From Candidatus Oxydemutatoraceae bacterium (GTDB lineage Bacteria; Pseudomonadota; Gammaproteobacteria; Poriferisulfidales; Oxydemutatoraceae), in NCBI GenBank assembly GCA_965218975.1, contig OZ244717.1, forward strand, positions 338,347 through 402,346: a DNA stretch of 64,000 nucleotides, given 5' to 3'. The notes beneath the pieces were generated by a model. That model was not told where the DNA came from. It did not search any database and saw nothing but the letters and a program-made list of their open reading frames with translations. Positions 51,811 to 60,783 of this stretch are shown piece by piece (positions within the stretch are counted from its first letter, which is position 1; each line of letters opens with the position of its first letter). Made by a program: the position numbers and the translations under genes.

Positions 51811-51911
51811 AAGGGTTATATACCTGACTTCGCGTACCGCCGGCGTCGGCGGATCTGGCCGCAGGCGATCCGCCATAGAATCAAACGCCTGCGTCGGGTG
51901 AATCTCGGTAG

Positions 51912-52546
51912 CTTTGTGTTCGGTGTGGGGTTGTCGGTGGATTGTGCCGGATTGTCGGCGGATTGTTGGCGGATTGTTGGCAAAGTGCCTGTCGTCCATG
52001 ACGCGACTTAGTTCTGTCAACAAGCCCCAGCCCCGACGTCCTTGTCGGGTCGTTCGCCGCTGAAAACCGTTCGGTTTTCCGGGCGCGTCTCACCCTGTCG
52101 TCCATGGCGAGACTTGGTTCTGTCAATGAACCCCAGCCCCGACGTCCTTGTCGGGTCGTTCGCCGCTGAAAACCGTTCGGTTTTCCGGGCGCGTCTCACC
52201 CGTTTTGTGTTTGGTAGCAGATTATTGGCAAAGTGCTTGGTGCAGGTTTGTCGGCGGATTGTGCCGGGTTGTTGGCAAAGTGCCTGTCGTCCATGACGAA
52301 ACTTAGTTCTGTCAATAAACTCCAGCCCCGACATCCTTGTCGAGTCGTTCGCCGCTGAAAACCAGTAGGTTTTCCGGGCGCGGCTCACCCAGCCCCGACA
52401 TCCTTGTCGGGTCGTTCGCCGCTGAAAACCGATCGGTTTTCCGGGCACGTCTCACCCGGCAACGGACAGAAAGCACCGATCCGAATGCTACTGCCGCACG
52501 CTTCCCCAGAAGCTCTTCAAAAATCCCATTTAGGGTGGCATCGTAC
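51912..52546 (+). repeat. Mosaic intergenic repeat cluster, copy 3: head, two units, second head, full and truncated units, tail
   Basis: The family and orientation match 26561-27040. The tail AAAGCACCGATCCGAATGCT...CCCATTTAGGGTGGCATCGTAC runs 52470-52546. It is followed by TTGGCA (52553-52558), a 17 nt spacer and TATATT (52576-52581). Confidence 0.9.
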
Positions 52547-52745
52547 ACGGTGTTGGCAAGTGTTGTCGTTTAATGTATATTAGCAACCTGCTACAGCACT
52601 ACGTGTCCGCCCTGTCGGGCGGCCCGTGAATATAAAACCGTTCGAAAATAAGCGGGAATACTTCTTTACGTAGTGTTTGTAGCAATCGCCTGACTCCTTA
52701 AGTCAGGCGATTAAGCAGATTTAATTTAATCTATGGAGAAATATA

Positions 52746-54761
52746 ATGAAACTATTAATTCGAACGGCTACTCTTTTAATGGCCTTTGCTTTTATTCTCA
52801 CCTCGACAACGCAAGCGCAAAACGCCCCGGCGGATCAAGCGGAGTTCGAGAGGCTGGTTGCAGGTATGCAGATAGAGGCTGCTGTTGGTAGCACCATGAC
52901 CACACTGCAATTCCCGAATCCAGGGCGTATCCTAGAAATTAGTGAAGAAGGAAACTTCCTTGGTAATTATCAGTACACAAATACCGGCGACAATACGGGA
53001 ATGCTCACTTACACCTACGACGCGAGCGGTAACAATGCGGCTATGGAGCAAACCGAGGGTACACTCACGTTCACTTCGGCGACAATGGGAACATTCGAGA
53101 GTACCTATTTCTATGTCACAGCGAGCGAACCCCGTGTGATGAGCAGTGGCACATTTGAAATCGTCGACGCCGAACCTCCAGCTGTGTTTGCCCCACTGGA
53201 TCAAGCGGAGTTCGAGAGGCTGGTTGCAGGTATGCAGATAGAGGGGATTGATGCTCGCGGCAGCATGGGCACACTGCAATTCCCGAATCCAGGGCGTATC
53301 CTGGAAATTGTGGAAGAAGGAAACTTCTTTGGTGATTATCAGTACACAAATACCGGCGACAATACGGGAATGCTCACTTACACCTACGACGCGAGCGGTA
53401 ACAATGCGGCTATGGAGCAAACCGAGGGTACACTCACGTTCACTTCGGCGACAATGGGAACATTCGAGAGTACCTATTTCTATGTCACAGCGAGCGAACC
53501 CCGTGTGATGAGCAGTGGCACATTTGAAATCGTCGACGCCGAACCTCCAGCTGTGTTTGCCCCACTGGATCAAGCGGAGTTCGAGAGGCTGGTTGCAGGT
53601 ATGCAGATAGAGGCTGCTGTTGGTAGCACCATGACCACACTGCGATTCCCGGACTCGGGCCGTATCCTAGAAATTAGTGAAGAAGGAAACTTCCTTGGTA
53701 ATTATCAGTACACAAATACCGGCGACAATACGGGAATGCTCACTTACACCTACGACGCGAGCGGTAACAATGCGGCTATGGAGCAAACCGAGGGTACACT
53801 CACGTTCACTTCGGCGACAATGGGAACATTCGAGAGTACCTATTTCTATGTCACAGCGAGCGAACCCCGTGTGATGAGCAGTGGCACATTTGAAATCGTC
53901 GACGCCGAACCTCCAGCTGGGTTCGCCCCGCAGGATCAAGCGGAGTTCGAGAGGCTGGTTGCAGGTATGCAGATAGAGGGGATTGATGCTCGCGGCAGCA
54001 TGGGCACACTGCAATTCCCGAATCCAGGGCGTATCCTGGAAATTGAAGAAGAAGGAATCTTCCTTGGTAATTATCAGTACACAAATACCGGCGGCAATAC
54101 GGGAATGCTCACTTACACCTACGACGCGACCGGTAACAATGCGGCTATGGAGCAAACCGAGACTATACTCACGTTCACTTCGGCGACAATGGGAACATTC
54201 GAGAGTACCTATTTCTATGTTGAAGCAAGCGAAACCCCCGAGGTGAACACAGGTACATTTGAAATCGTTGCTGCTCCGGTCGCCCCGGCGACTCAAGCGG
54301 AGTTCGAGAGGCTGGTTACAGGTATGCAGATAGAGGCTGCTGTTGGTAGCACCATGACCACACTGCGATTCCCGGACTCGGGCCGTATCCTAGAAATTAG
54401 TGAAGAAGGAAACTTCCTTGGTAATTATCAGTACACAAATACTACCGCCGTTTCCACCAGTGTAGGAAGCCTCACTTACACCTACGACGCGAGCGGTAAC
54501 GATCCGGCTATGGAGTACGTCACGGTCAACCTCGTGTTCACTTCGGCGACAATGGGAGCATTCGAGAGTACCTATTTCTATGTTGAAGCAAGCGAACCCC
54601 GTGTGATGAGCAGTGGCACATTTGAAATCGTCCCTATTCCTGGTAGCAGCGGTGGCGGTGGCGGCAGCGGCAGCGCGGGTTTGTGGCTGTTATTGCTACT
54701 GCTTGCATCAGTTGTCGGCAATCGCTGTGCTCCTGTCATTTTTCGGACCGGATCATCCTAG
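52746..54761 (+). CDS. Secreted tandem-repeat protein (five ~122 aa repeats) with a glycine-rich plus hydrophobic C-terminal sorting-like tail
   Basis: The signal peptide is MKLLIRTATLLMAFAFILTSTTQA. Repeat starts (DQAEFERLVAGMQIE) lie at nt 52833, 53199, 53568, 53934 and 54291. The C-terminus is GSSGGGGGSGSAGLWLLLLLLASVVGNR..., which looks GlyGly-CTERM-like. Confidence 0.85.
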   Translation: MKLLIRTATLLMAFAFILTSTTQAQNAPADQAEFERLVAGMQIEAAVGSTMTTLQFPNPGRILEISEEGNFLGNYQYTNTGDNTGMLTYTYDASGNNAAMEQTEGTLTFTSATMGTFESTYFYVTASEPRVMSSGTFEIVDAEPPAVFAPLDQAEFERLVAGMQIEGIDARGSMGTLQFPNPGRILEIVEEGNFFGDYQYTNTGDNTGMLTYTYDASGNNAAMEQTEGTLTFTSATMGTFESTYFYVTASEPRVMSSGTFEIVDAEPPAVFAPLDQAEFERLVAGMQIEAAVGSTMTTLRFPDSGRILEISEEGNFLGNYQYTNTGDNTGMLTYTYDASGNNAAMEQTEGTLTFTSATMGTFESTYFYVTASEPRVMSSGTFEIVDAEPPAGFAPQDQAEFERLVAGMQIEGIDARGSMGTLQFPNPGRILEIEEEGIFLGNYQYTNTGGNTGMLTYTYDATGNNAAMEQTETILTFTSATMGTFESTYFYVEASETPEVNTGTFEIVAAPVAPATQAEFERLVTGMQIEAAVGSTMTTLRFPDSGRILEISEEGNFLGNYQYTNTTAVSTSVGSLTYTYDASGNDPAMEYVTVNLVFTSATMGAFESTYFYVEASEPRVMSSGTFEIVPIPGSSGGGGGSGSAGLWLLLLLLASVVGNRCAPVIFRTGSS

Positions 54762-54786
54762 AAGGTTGAGATATAGCGCATAAAAT

Positions 54787-54824
54787 CCGTATTGTCGCCT
54801 AGAAATAGGCGGCAATACGGTTTA
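54787..54824 (+). terminator. Rho-independent terminator candidate after the repeat-protein gene
   Basis: The hairpin CCGTATTGTCGCC-TAGAAATA-GGCGGCAATACGG is followed by TTTA, 26 nt after the stop codon. Confidence 0.6.
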
Positions 54825-54860
54825 TCAGTGTATGCTGCTTTAAGAGAGACCTGCGCAAGT

Positions 54861-55119
54861 GTTTTTGTGTGGGTCACTCTCGGCCGGAGGCAAAGTGCTT
54901 AGTCCAGGTTTGTCGGCGGGTTGTGCCGGGTTGTTGGCAAAGTACATGTCGTCCTTGACGAGACTTGGTGCTGTCAATGAACTCCAGCCCCGACGTCCTT
55001 GTCGAGTCGTTCGCCGCTGAAAACCAGTAGGTTTTCCGGGCGCGTCTCACCCAGCCCCGACGTCCTTGTCGAGTCGTTCGCCGCTGAAAACCAGTAGGTT
55101 TTCCGGGCGCGTCTCACCC
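54861..55119 (+). repeat. Mosaic intergenic repeat cluster, copy 4: head, one full and one truncated unit, no tail
   Basis: The family and orientation are the same. The CAGCCCCGACGTCCTTGTCGAGTCGTTCGCCGCTGAAAACCAGTAGGTTTTCCGGGCGCGTCTCACCC sequence is present twice. Confidence 0.9.
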
Positions 55120-55180
55120 TTACAAAATTTTGCGAGTCGGGTATGATTAGCATATTGTTAAACTCGTTAGGTGAAATATT

Positions 55181-55948
55181 GTGATTGCCGTTATTTCTCC
55201 CGCAAAAACTTTAGACTTTAAAACACCTCCTTCAACCAAGATATATTCGGAACCGATCTTTTTGGATGATAGCGCCAAGCTGATACGGAGGTTGAAAAAA
55301 ATGACTGTGGAAGACTTATCCGGTTTGATGGATGTAAGCGAACGAATCGCGCAGTTGAATTATGCGCGGTATCGATCATGGAACAAGCCTTTCACACCGA
55401 ATAATGCAAAGCAGGCAATCCTTGCTTTCAAAGGCGACGTTTATGCCGGGCTTGATGCTGAAAGTTTCACCAATGCCGATTTCAAGTTTGCGCAAAAACA
55501 CTTGTGTATCTTGTCGGGCCTTTACGGCATTTTGCGCTCATTGGATTTAATTCAGCCGTACCGTTTGGAAATGGGAACACGTTTGGATGTCGACGGTAAT
55601 AGGAATTTGTATCAATTTTGGGACAATCGTGCTACCGATTGGCTGAACGGTCTTCTGCATGTCGAGAGAAGCCCGGCGCTGATTAATCTTGCTTCCAATG
55701 AATACTTCAAATCAATTAAACTTGATAGAATCAACGCAAGAGTTGTGACTCCGGTGTTTAAGGAGCGTAGGAAAGGAGTATTCAAGGTGATTAGCTTTTC
55801 TGCGAAAAAAGCGCGCGGGATGATGAGCCGCTATATCATCAGAAATCGGCTCCGCAACATTACCGCGATTAAACAATTCTGTGAAGCAGGTTATTGCTAT
55901 CACAAAAATTTATCCGGTCATGATACATGGGTATTTGCTCGCGGTTAA
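55181..55948 (+). CDS. yaaA: Peroxide stress protein YaaA (UPF0246/DUF328)
   Basis: It has a GTG start with an AGGTGA RBS. The N-terminus IAVISPAKTLDF and the ~255 aa size are typical of YaaA. Confidence 0.85.
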   Translation: MIAVISPAKTLDFKTPPSTKIYSEPIFLDDSAKLIRRLKKMTVEDLSGLMDVSERIAQLNYARYRSWNKPFTPNNAKQAILAFKGDVYAGLDAESFTNADFKFAQKHLCILSGLYGILRSLDLIQPYRLEMGTRLDVDGNRNLYQFWDNRATDWLNGLLHVERSPALINLASNEYFKSIKLDRINARVVTPVFKERRKGVFKVISFSAKKARGMMSRYIIRNRLRNITAIKQFCEAGYCYHKNLSGHDTWVFARG

Positions 55949-56002
55949 TTGATCGGAGCTTGCTAATTAGCTAATCGTAACTTTTGGGCGTCAAGCACGC
56001 AT

Positions 56003-57377
56003 GTGAAAATTTATCTGGCAGGTATTTGCGGTGCTTTTATGGCAGGGCTTGCGCGTCTAGGGCAAGAGATGGGACATATTGTCGGAGGTTGCGATGTTGC
56101 CGCTTGGCCGCCGATGAGCACCCAACTTGAGCAAATCGGTATTATTCCCGATCAAGGTTGGGATCAGGTGGAACCGGAGCAAGGTTTGGGACTGCATCAT
56201 TATAGGAAATGCGTTACCGCGCGGCAATCCTTTGGTTGAAAAAGTCCTAACCGAACGTTTGCCTTTTACTTCGGGCCCGCAATGGCTGCGCGATGAAGTT
56301 CTTACCCAACGCGAAGTTATCGCTATTTCCGGCACTCACGGCAAGACAACGACAACCGGCATGTTAGCGTGGATTTTAGAAAACGCAGCGCTATTTCCAG
56401 GATTTTTACTCGGCGGACTAGCAAAAAAATTTTCAGCCTCGGCACGATTCGGTAAAACATCGGCGCCTTTTGTAATTGAGGCCGATGAATACGACACAGC
56501 TTTTTTCGATAAACGGCCGAAGTTTATTCATTACTACCCGCGTGTTGCGGTTTTGAATAATCTTGAGTTTGATCATGCTGATATCTACCCGGATATTCGG
56601 GCAGTTCAGCGTCAATTTCATTATTTTTTGCGTACCGTGCCGAGTGACGGGATGATACTATATCGTGCGGCTGATTCGGTTTTGCAAGAAGTTATTAATG
56701 AAGGTGTATGGACACCGATAGAAACCTTTGGTATTGATGGCGGCGGTCTGCGGGCGGATTGGACGGCACGTTTGATCCCCGATAAAGATAGTAACCGATT
56801 CGCTGTGTTTTATCGCGGGAAGGAGCAGGGAGTCTGTCGAATGAACGCTGTCGGAAAACACAATGTTGAAAATGCGCTGGCGGCAATTGCAGCGGCCTAT
56901 CACGCGCAAGTTGACGTTGCGTGTGCAATAAATGCGCTTGAGTTTTTTACCGGTGTCAGTCGCAGACTCGAAGTCGAGGCGGAAGTTTCCGGGGTCACCG
57001 TGTATAATGATTTTGCTCATCATCCGACAGCAATTGCGGCAAGTTTGCAGGCGTTAAAACAGTATGCGGCGAAAGGTCGTTTGCTTGCGGTGTTTGAACC
57101 GCGTTCCAATTCAATGAGAGCAGGTGCGCATCGTAAAGGATTAGTAACGGCGTTTGTCGATGCGGACCAGGTGTTTATGTATCAATCCGGGCGGTTAGAT
57201 TGGTCGCCGGCAGAGGTATTGCCTGCGGCGCAATGCTTCACCGATACCAAAATGCTATTGGAAAGCGTTTGCGCCGAAGCACGTGACGGAGATTGCATTA
57301 TTGTCATGTCAAATGGTGCTTTTGATAATTTGCCGACTCGTATCAGCGAGCGCTTATCGGCGCGAATGCCGCATTGA
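56003..57377 (+). CDS. mpl: UDP-N-acetylmuramate:L-alanyl-gamma-D-glutamyl-meso-DAP ligase (Mpl), interrupted by a 1 nt frameshift
   Basis: The N-terminal piece (56003-) is MKIYLAGICGAFMAGLA....GH.V.G.D....PPMSTQLE. The remainder (frame of 56127-57377) is DCIIIGNALPRGNP...SGPQWL...ISGTHGKTTT. Removing one G from the GGG run at 56187-56189 restores ..EQGLDCIIIGN.., colinear with E. coli Mpl as I recall it. Confidence 0.85.
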
Positions 57378-57394
57378 AAGGCGGAGACGCAAGC

Positions 57395-58324
57395 ATGTCT
57401 AAAATGTTTGGCGTATGGCTTTGGAAAAAGATTGCAAACTGGTTGTCTCAGATCACCATTGATGAGTTTTTATCGCCGAATGACATGAACTGTGTCATGC
57501 GGGAAATACGTGCGGGCGATGTGCTGTTGGTTGAAGGGCGCACGCGTATCGGTAACGTTATTAAAATTATTACACGCAGTTCGTGGAGTCATGCGGCAAT
57601 ATGTATCGGGCGACTCGAAGAAATAAAAGATGAGAAAACTCGCGCATTGATTTTACAGCATTATGACGGGGATACCTCAGTGCCGCTGATTATTGAAGCT
57701 GAGCTGAATAAAGGAACAGTGGTTGAACCGGTTACTTTTTATCTTTACCATCATGTGCGAATTTGCCGTCCGGCAGGGCTCTTAAAAGAAGATGCCGACA
57801 AAATTGTCGCCTATGTTGCATCGTATCTCGGCAGTCATTACGATGTTCAACAATTGTTTGACTTGGCGAGGTTTCTAATTCCGTGGTGGGTTGTTATTCC
57901 GCACCGTTGGCATTCGACGTTATTTGAACACAATGCCGGTATTCCGACGCGTACTGTCTGTTCAACGATGATTGCCAGCGCATTCCGGCATGTTGATTTT
58001 CCTATATTGCCGCTAATTGAGCGATGTCCCGACGGCGGATTTAGAATGCGCCGGCGTAACCCAAAAATTTTCACGCCGCGTGATTTTGACTATTCACCAT
58101 TTTTTCGTACGATCAAATGCCCGTTGTTGATAGATATGCATCACGGTTATTATCGTAAGTTACCATGGAACGATGAACAGAAAATGCATGATAAGATCAG
58201 CGATTATCTGGATTCGGCGGACGTTATTCATGTAAAAAGCGCTACCGATCCGAACGATGAAAAATTTGGGCGACAAGATCACTCCGCCGATACGGTGCAA
58301 TCCGATGAGAAACCAATCCGATGA
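57395..58324 (+). CDS. YiiX/YaeF-like permuted papain-fold (C92) hydrolase, putative
   Basis: AGDVLLVEGRTRIGNVIKIITRSSWSHAAICIG is followed later by a cysteine segment, TVCSTMIASAF. This is the permuted His-then-Cys order of that family by recollection. The listed ORF starts at 57374 (TTG). Confidence 0.5.
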   Translation: MSKMFGVWLWKKIANWLSQITIDEFLSPNDMNCVMREIRAGDVLLVEGRTRIGNVIKIITRSSWSHAAICIGRLEEIKDEKTRALILQHYDGDTSVPLIIEAELNKGTVVEPVTFYLYHHVRICRPAGLLKEDADKIVAYVASYLGSHYDVQQLFDLARFLIPWWVVIPHRWHSTLFEHNAGIPTRTVCSTMIASAFRHVDFPILPLIERCPDGGFRMRRRNPKIFTPRDFDYSPFFRTIKCPLLIDMHHGYYRKLPWNDEQKMHDKISDYLDSADVIHVKSATDPNDEKFGRQDHSADTVQSDEKPIR

Positions 58325-60783
58325 TATTTGATATCGTTTCCGAACTGATTCTACTTGTGCTGCTTGGTATTGCTTTGCTCGGAATCATTTATCTCAAAGC
58401 AAGGCTCCCGGTTGCAGTCGCTCTGACGGTTGTTACGGTAATCGCATATAAGGCTTATTCGATACTGCCGCTGTGGTTGCATCTGATATTGTGGTTATTG
58501 ATTATCGCCGGAATAACTCTATTCAACGTTCCGTTTTTGCGCCGCCAATGGGTTAGTCGATTTGTGCGTTTATATATGCAACGCAGACTCCCGCATATTT
58601 CAACCACTGAGCGTGAAGCGCTTGAGGCCGGCACGACTTGGTGGGATGCCGAACTGTTTTCGGGCAAACCGGATTGGAATATATTTCTTGCAGGACGGAA
58701 GCCTGAGTTAAACGATGAGGAGAAATTTTTTCTGGAAGAGACAACGCAGACTTTGTGTTCCATGATTGATGACTGGAAAGTAACGACAGAGCACTATGAT
58801 TTGTCGGAACCGGTGTGGGATTTTATAAAGCGGAATAAATTTTTTGGAATGGTTATACCCAAACAATACGGCGGACTTGGGTTTTCGGCTTATGCACATT
58901 CTTGTGTAGTGCAAAAAATCGCCAGCCGTTCGGTTACCGCTGCCGTAACCGTGATGGTGCCTAATTCTTTGGGACCCGGTATGCTGCTGCTGGAGTACGG
59001 CACCGACGAGCAGAAAAATCACTATCTACCACGTCTCGCGAGTGGTGAGGAGATACCATGTTTTGCATTAACAAGTGCACAATCAGGTTCGGATGCGGCA
59101 AGTATGATTGATACCGGGGTTGTATGTCGCGGAACATTTGTCGGTGAGGAGATGATCGGTATTCGTTTGAACTGGAGCAAACGGTACATCACACTGGCGC
59201 CGATTGCGACAGTGCTTGGAATTGCATTTCATTTGTACGACCCCGACGGTCTGTTGAGCGATCAGCAAGATGTCGGTATCACGTTGGCGTTGGTCCCGTC
59301 CGGAACTCCCGGTGTTGAGGTTGGTGATCGTCATATGCCGCTAAATACACCATTTATGAACGGACCGATACGTGGTAAGGATGTATTCATTCCGGTGGAT
59401 TGGCTCATCGGCGGAAAGAAATACGCAGGACAAGGATGGCGTATGTTAATGGAATGCTTGGCCGAAGGACGCGGTATTTCATTACCTGCCTTGGCCGCCG
59501 CCGCGGCAAAGTTTGCTTGCTTTAATACGGGCGCTTATGCGCGCGTACGGAATCAATTTAAGCTCCCGATTAGCGAATTTGAGGGGGTTGCCGAACCATT
59601 ATCACGAATTGCCGGAAATGCTTATTTGATGGAAGCGGTACGTAGTGTGACTGCGGCGGCGATTGATACGGGCGAGAAGCCGGCGGTTATTTCTGCAATT
59701 GCAAAATATCATTTGACCGAACGGATGCGTTCGGTTATCAACGATGCGATGGATGTCCATGGAGGCGCCGGCATCTGTATAGGGCCGCGTAACCATATTG
59801 CACGGCTTTATCAATCTGTTCCCATTGCAATTACCGTCGAAGGGGCAAACATTCTTACACGTAGTATGATTATCTTCGGGCAAGGTGCGGCACGTTGTCA
59901 TCCGTGGTTGAGTAAGGAAATGGCAGCCGCTTCGGATACCGAGAACTACACACTCGAAGATTTTGATGAAGTACTCTACGGACACATCCAAAGTATTTTA
60001 CGCAATACCGCAAGATGTTTGTTCTTAGCGCTTACGAATGGGCGTTTGGCAAAATACATTCCCTCGCATGTTCAGCTCAAAAATCATTTTCGGCAAATTT
60101 CCAGAATGTCGGCAGCGTTTGCTTTAGTATCCGACTATACCCTACTTAGGTTAAAAGGAGGTTTTAAGCGCAAGGAACATTTATCGGCTCTACTCGGCGA
60201 TATGTTGAGCGCCATGTACTTGGCATCATCAACACTTAAATATTTTCACGACAATAACTGCCTGAGCGAACAAATCGTGTTTGTTGATTGGGCAATGAAA
60301 GAATGCCGGAATTGTTTTCATGCCGCATTACTGAATTTGCTTGAAAATCTTCCTGGCGGATTGCTTAAAATAAAACTACGCTGGCTGATTTATCCGTATG
60401 GCAAGCCGAACATAACGCAGAATGAGCAGATGATCGCGCGAGTCGCCGACACAGTGAGCGAAGCATCGCCGGCACGTAAACATTTGATTAAGGGAATGTT
60501 TGTTCCGCAATCTGCCGACGAACCGCTGGCAAAATTAGAGGATGCTTTCTATAAAGTGCTTGCCGCCGAGCTGCCGGAGAAAAAATTGCGCCGAGTCCAA
60601 CGTGAGAAAAATATCAAAAGCCTCAATTATGAACATTTGCTGGATATTGCCGAGACACAAAATATTTTAACCGGTGAGGAGTTGAAGATTGTGCGTCAGG
60701 CACATCGAGCACGACTGGAAGTAATCGCGGTGGATCAATTCAATCCGGCTTACTGGCAACGTTCTTATTCGGTCAACGAATAA
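58321..60783 (+). CDS. fadE: Long-form acyl-CoA dehydrogenase FadE
   Basis: The 820 aa protein has N-terminal TM helices followed by an ACAD core (FGMVIPKQYGGLGFS, FALTSAQSGSDAAS, EGANILTRSMIIFGQGA) and a C-terminal extension. It lies upstream of fadIJ. Confidence 0.9.
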   Translation: MIFDIVSELILLVLLGIALLGIIYLKARLPVAVALTVVTVIAYKAYSILPLWLHLILWLLIIAGITLFNVPFLRRQWVSRFVRLYMQRRLPHISTTEREALEAGTTWWDAELFSGKPDWNIFLAGRKPELNDEEKFFLEETTQTLCSMIDDWKVTTEHYDLSEPVWDFIKRNKFFGMVIPKQYGGLGFSAYAHSCVVQKIASRSVTAAVTVMVPNSLGPGMLLLEYGTDEQKNHYLPRLASGEEIPCFALTSAQSGSDAASMIDTGVVCRGTFVGEEMIGIRLNWSKRYITLAPIATVLGIAFHLYDPDGLLSDQQDVGITLALVPSGTPGVEVGDRHMPLNTPFMNGPIRGKDVFIPVDWLIGGKKYAGQGWRMLMECLAEGRGISLPALAAAAAKFACFNTGAYARVRNQFKLPISEFEGVAEPLSRIAGNAYLMEAVRSVTAAAIDTGEKPAVISAIAKYHLTERMRSVINDAMDVHGGAGICIGPRNHIARLYQSVPIAITVEGANILTRSMIIFGQGAARCHPWLSKEMAAASDTENYTLEDFDEVLYGHIQSILRNTARCLFLALTNGRLAKYIPSHVQLKNHFRQISRMSAAFALVSDYTLLRLKGGFKRKEHLSALLGDMLSAMYLASSTLKYFHDNNCLSEQIVFVDWAMKECRNCFHAALLNLLENLPGGLLKIKLRWLIYPYGKPNITQNEQMIARVADTVSEASPARKHLIKGMFVPQSADEPLAKLEDAFYKVLAAELPEKKLRRVQREKNIKSLNYEHLLDIAETQNILTGEELKIVRQAHRARLEVIAVDQFNPAYWQRSYSVNE

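Noticed and set aside
50920-52023. A 367 aa ORF on the minus strand
   Set aside because: It is entirely antisense to the well-supported Mod-like methyltransferase gene and runs into the mosaic repeat cluster. It has no motifs and low-complexity composition.
52932-54296. Minus-strand ORFs of 213 and 209 aa, plus short plus-strand ORFs repeated inside the tandem-repeat protein gene
   Set aside because: Their duplication simply mirrors the ~366 nt DNA repeat of the sense gene, which has a signal peptide, an RBS and a terminator.
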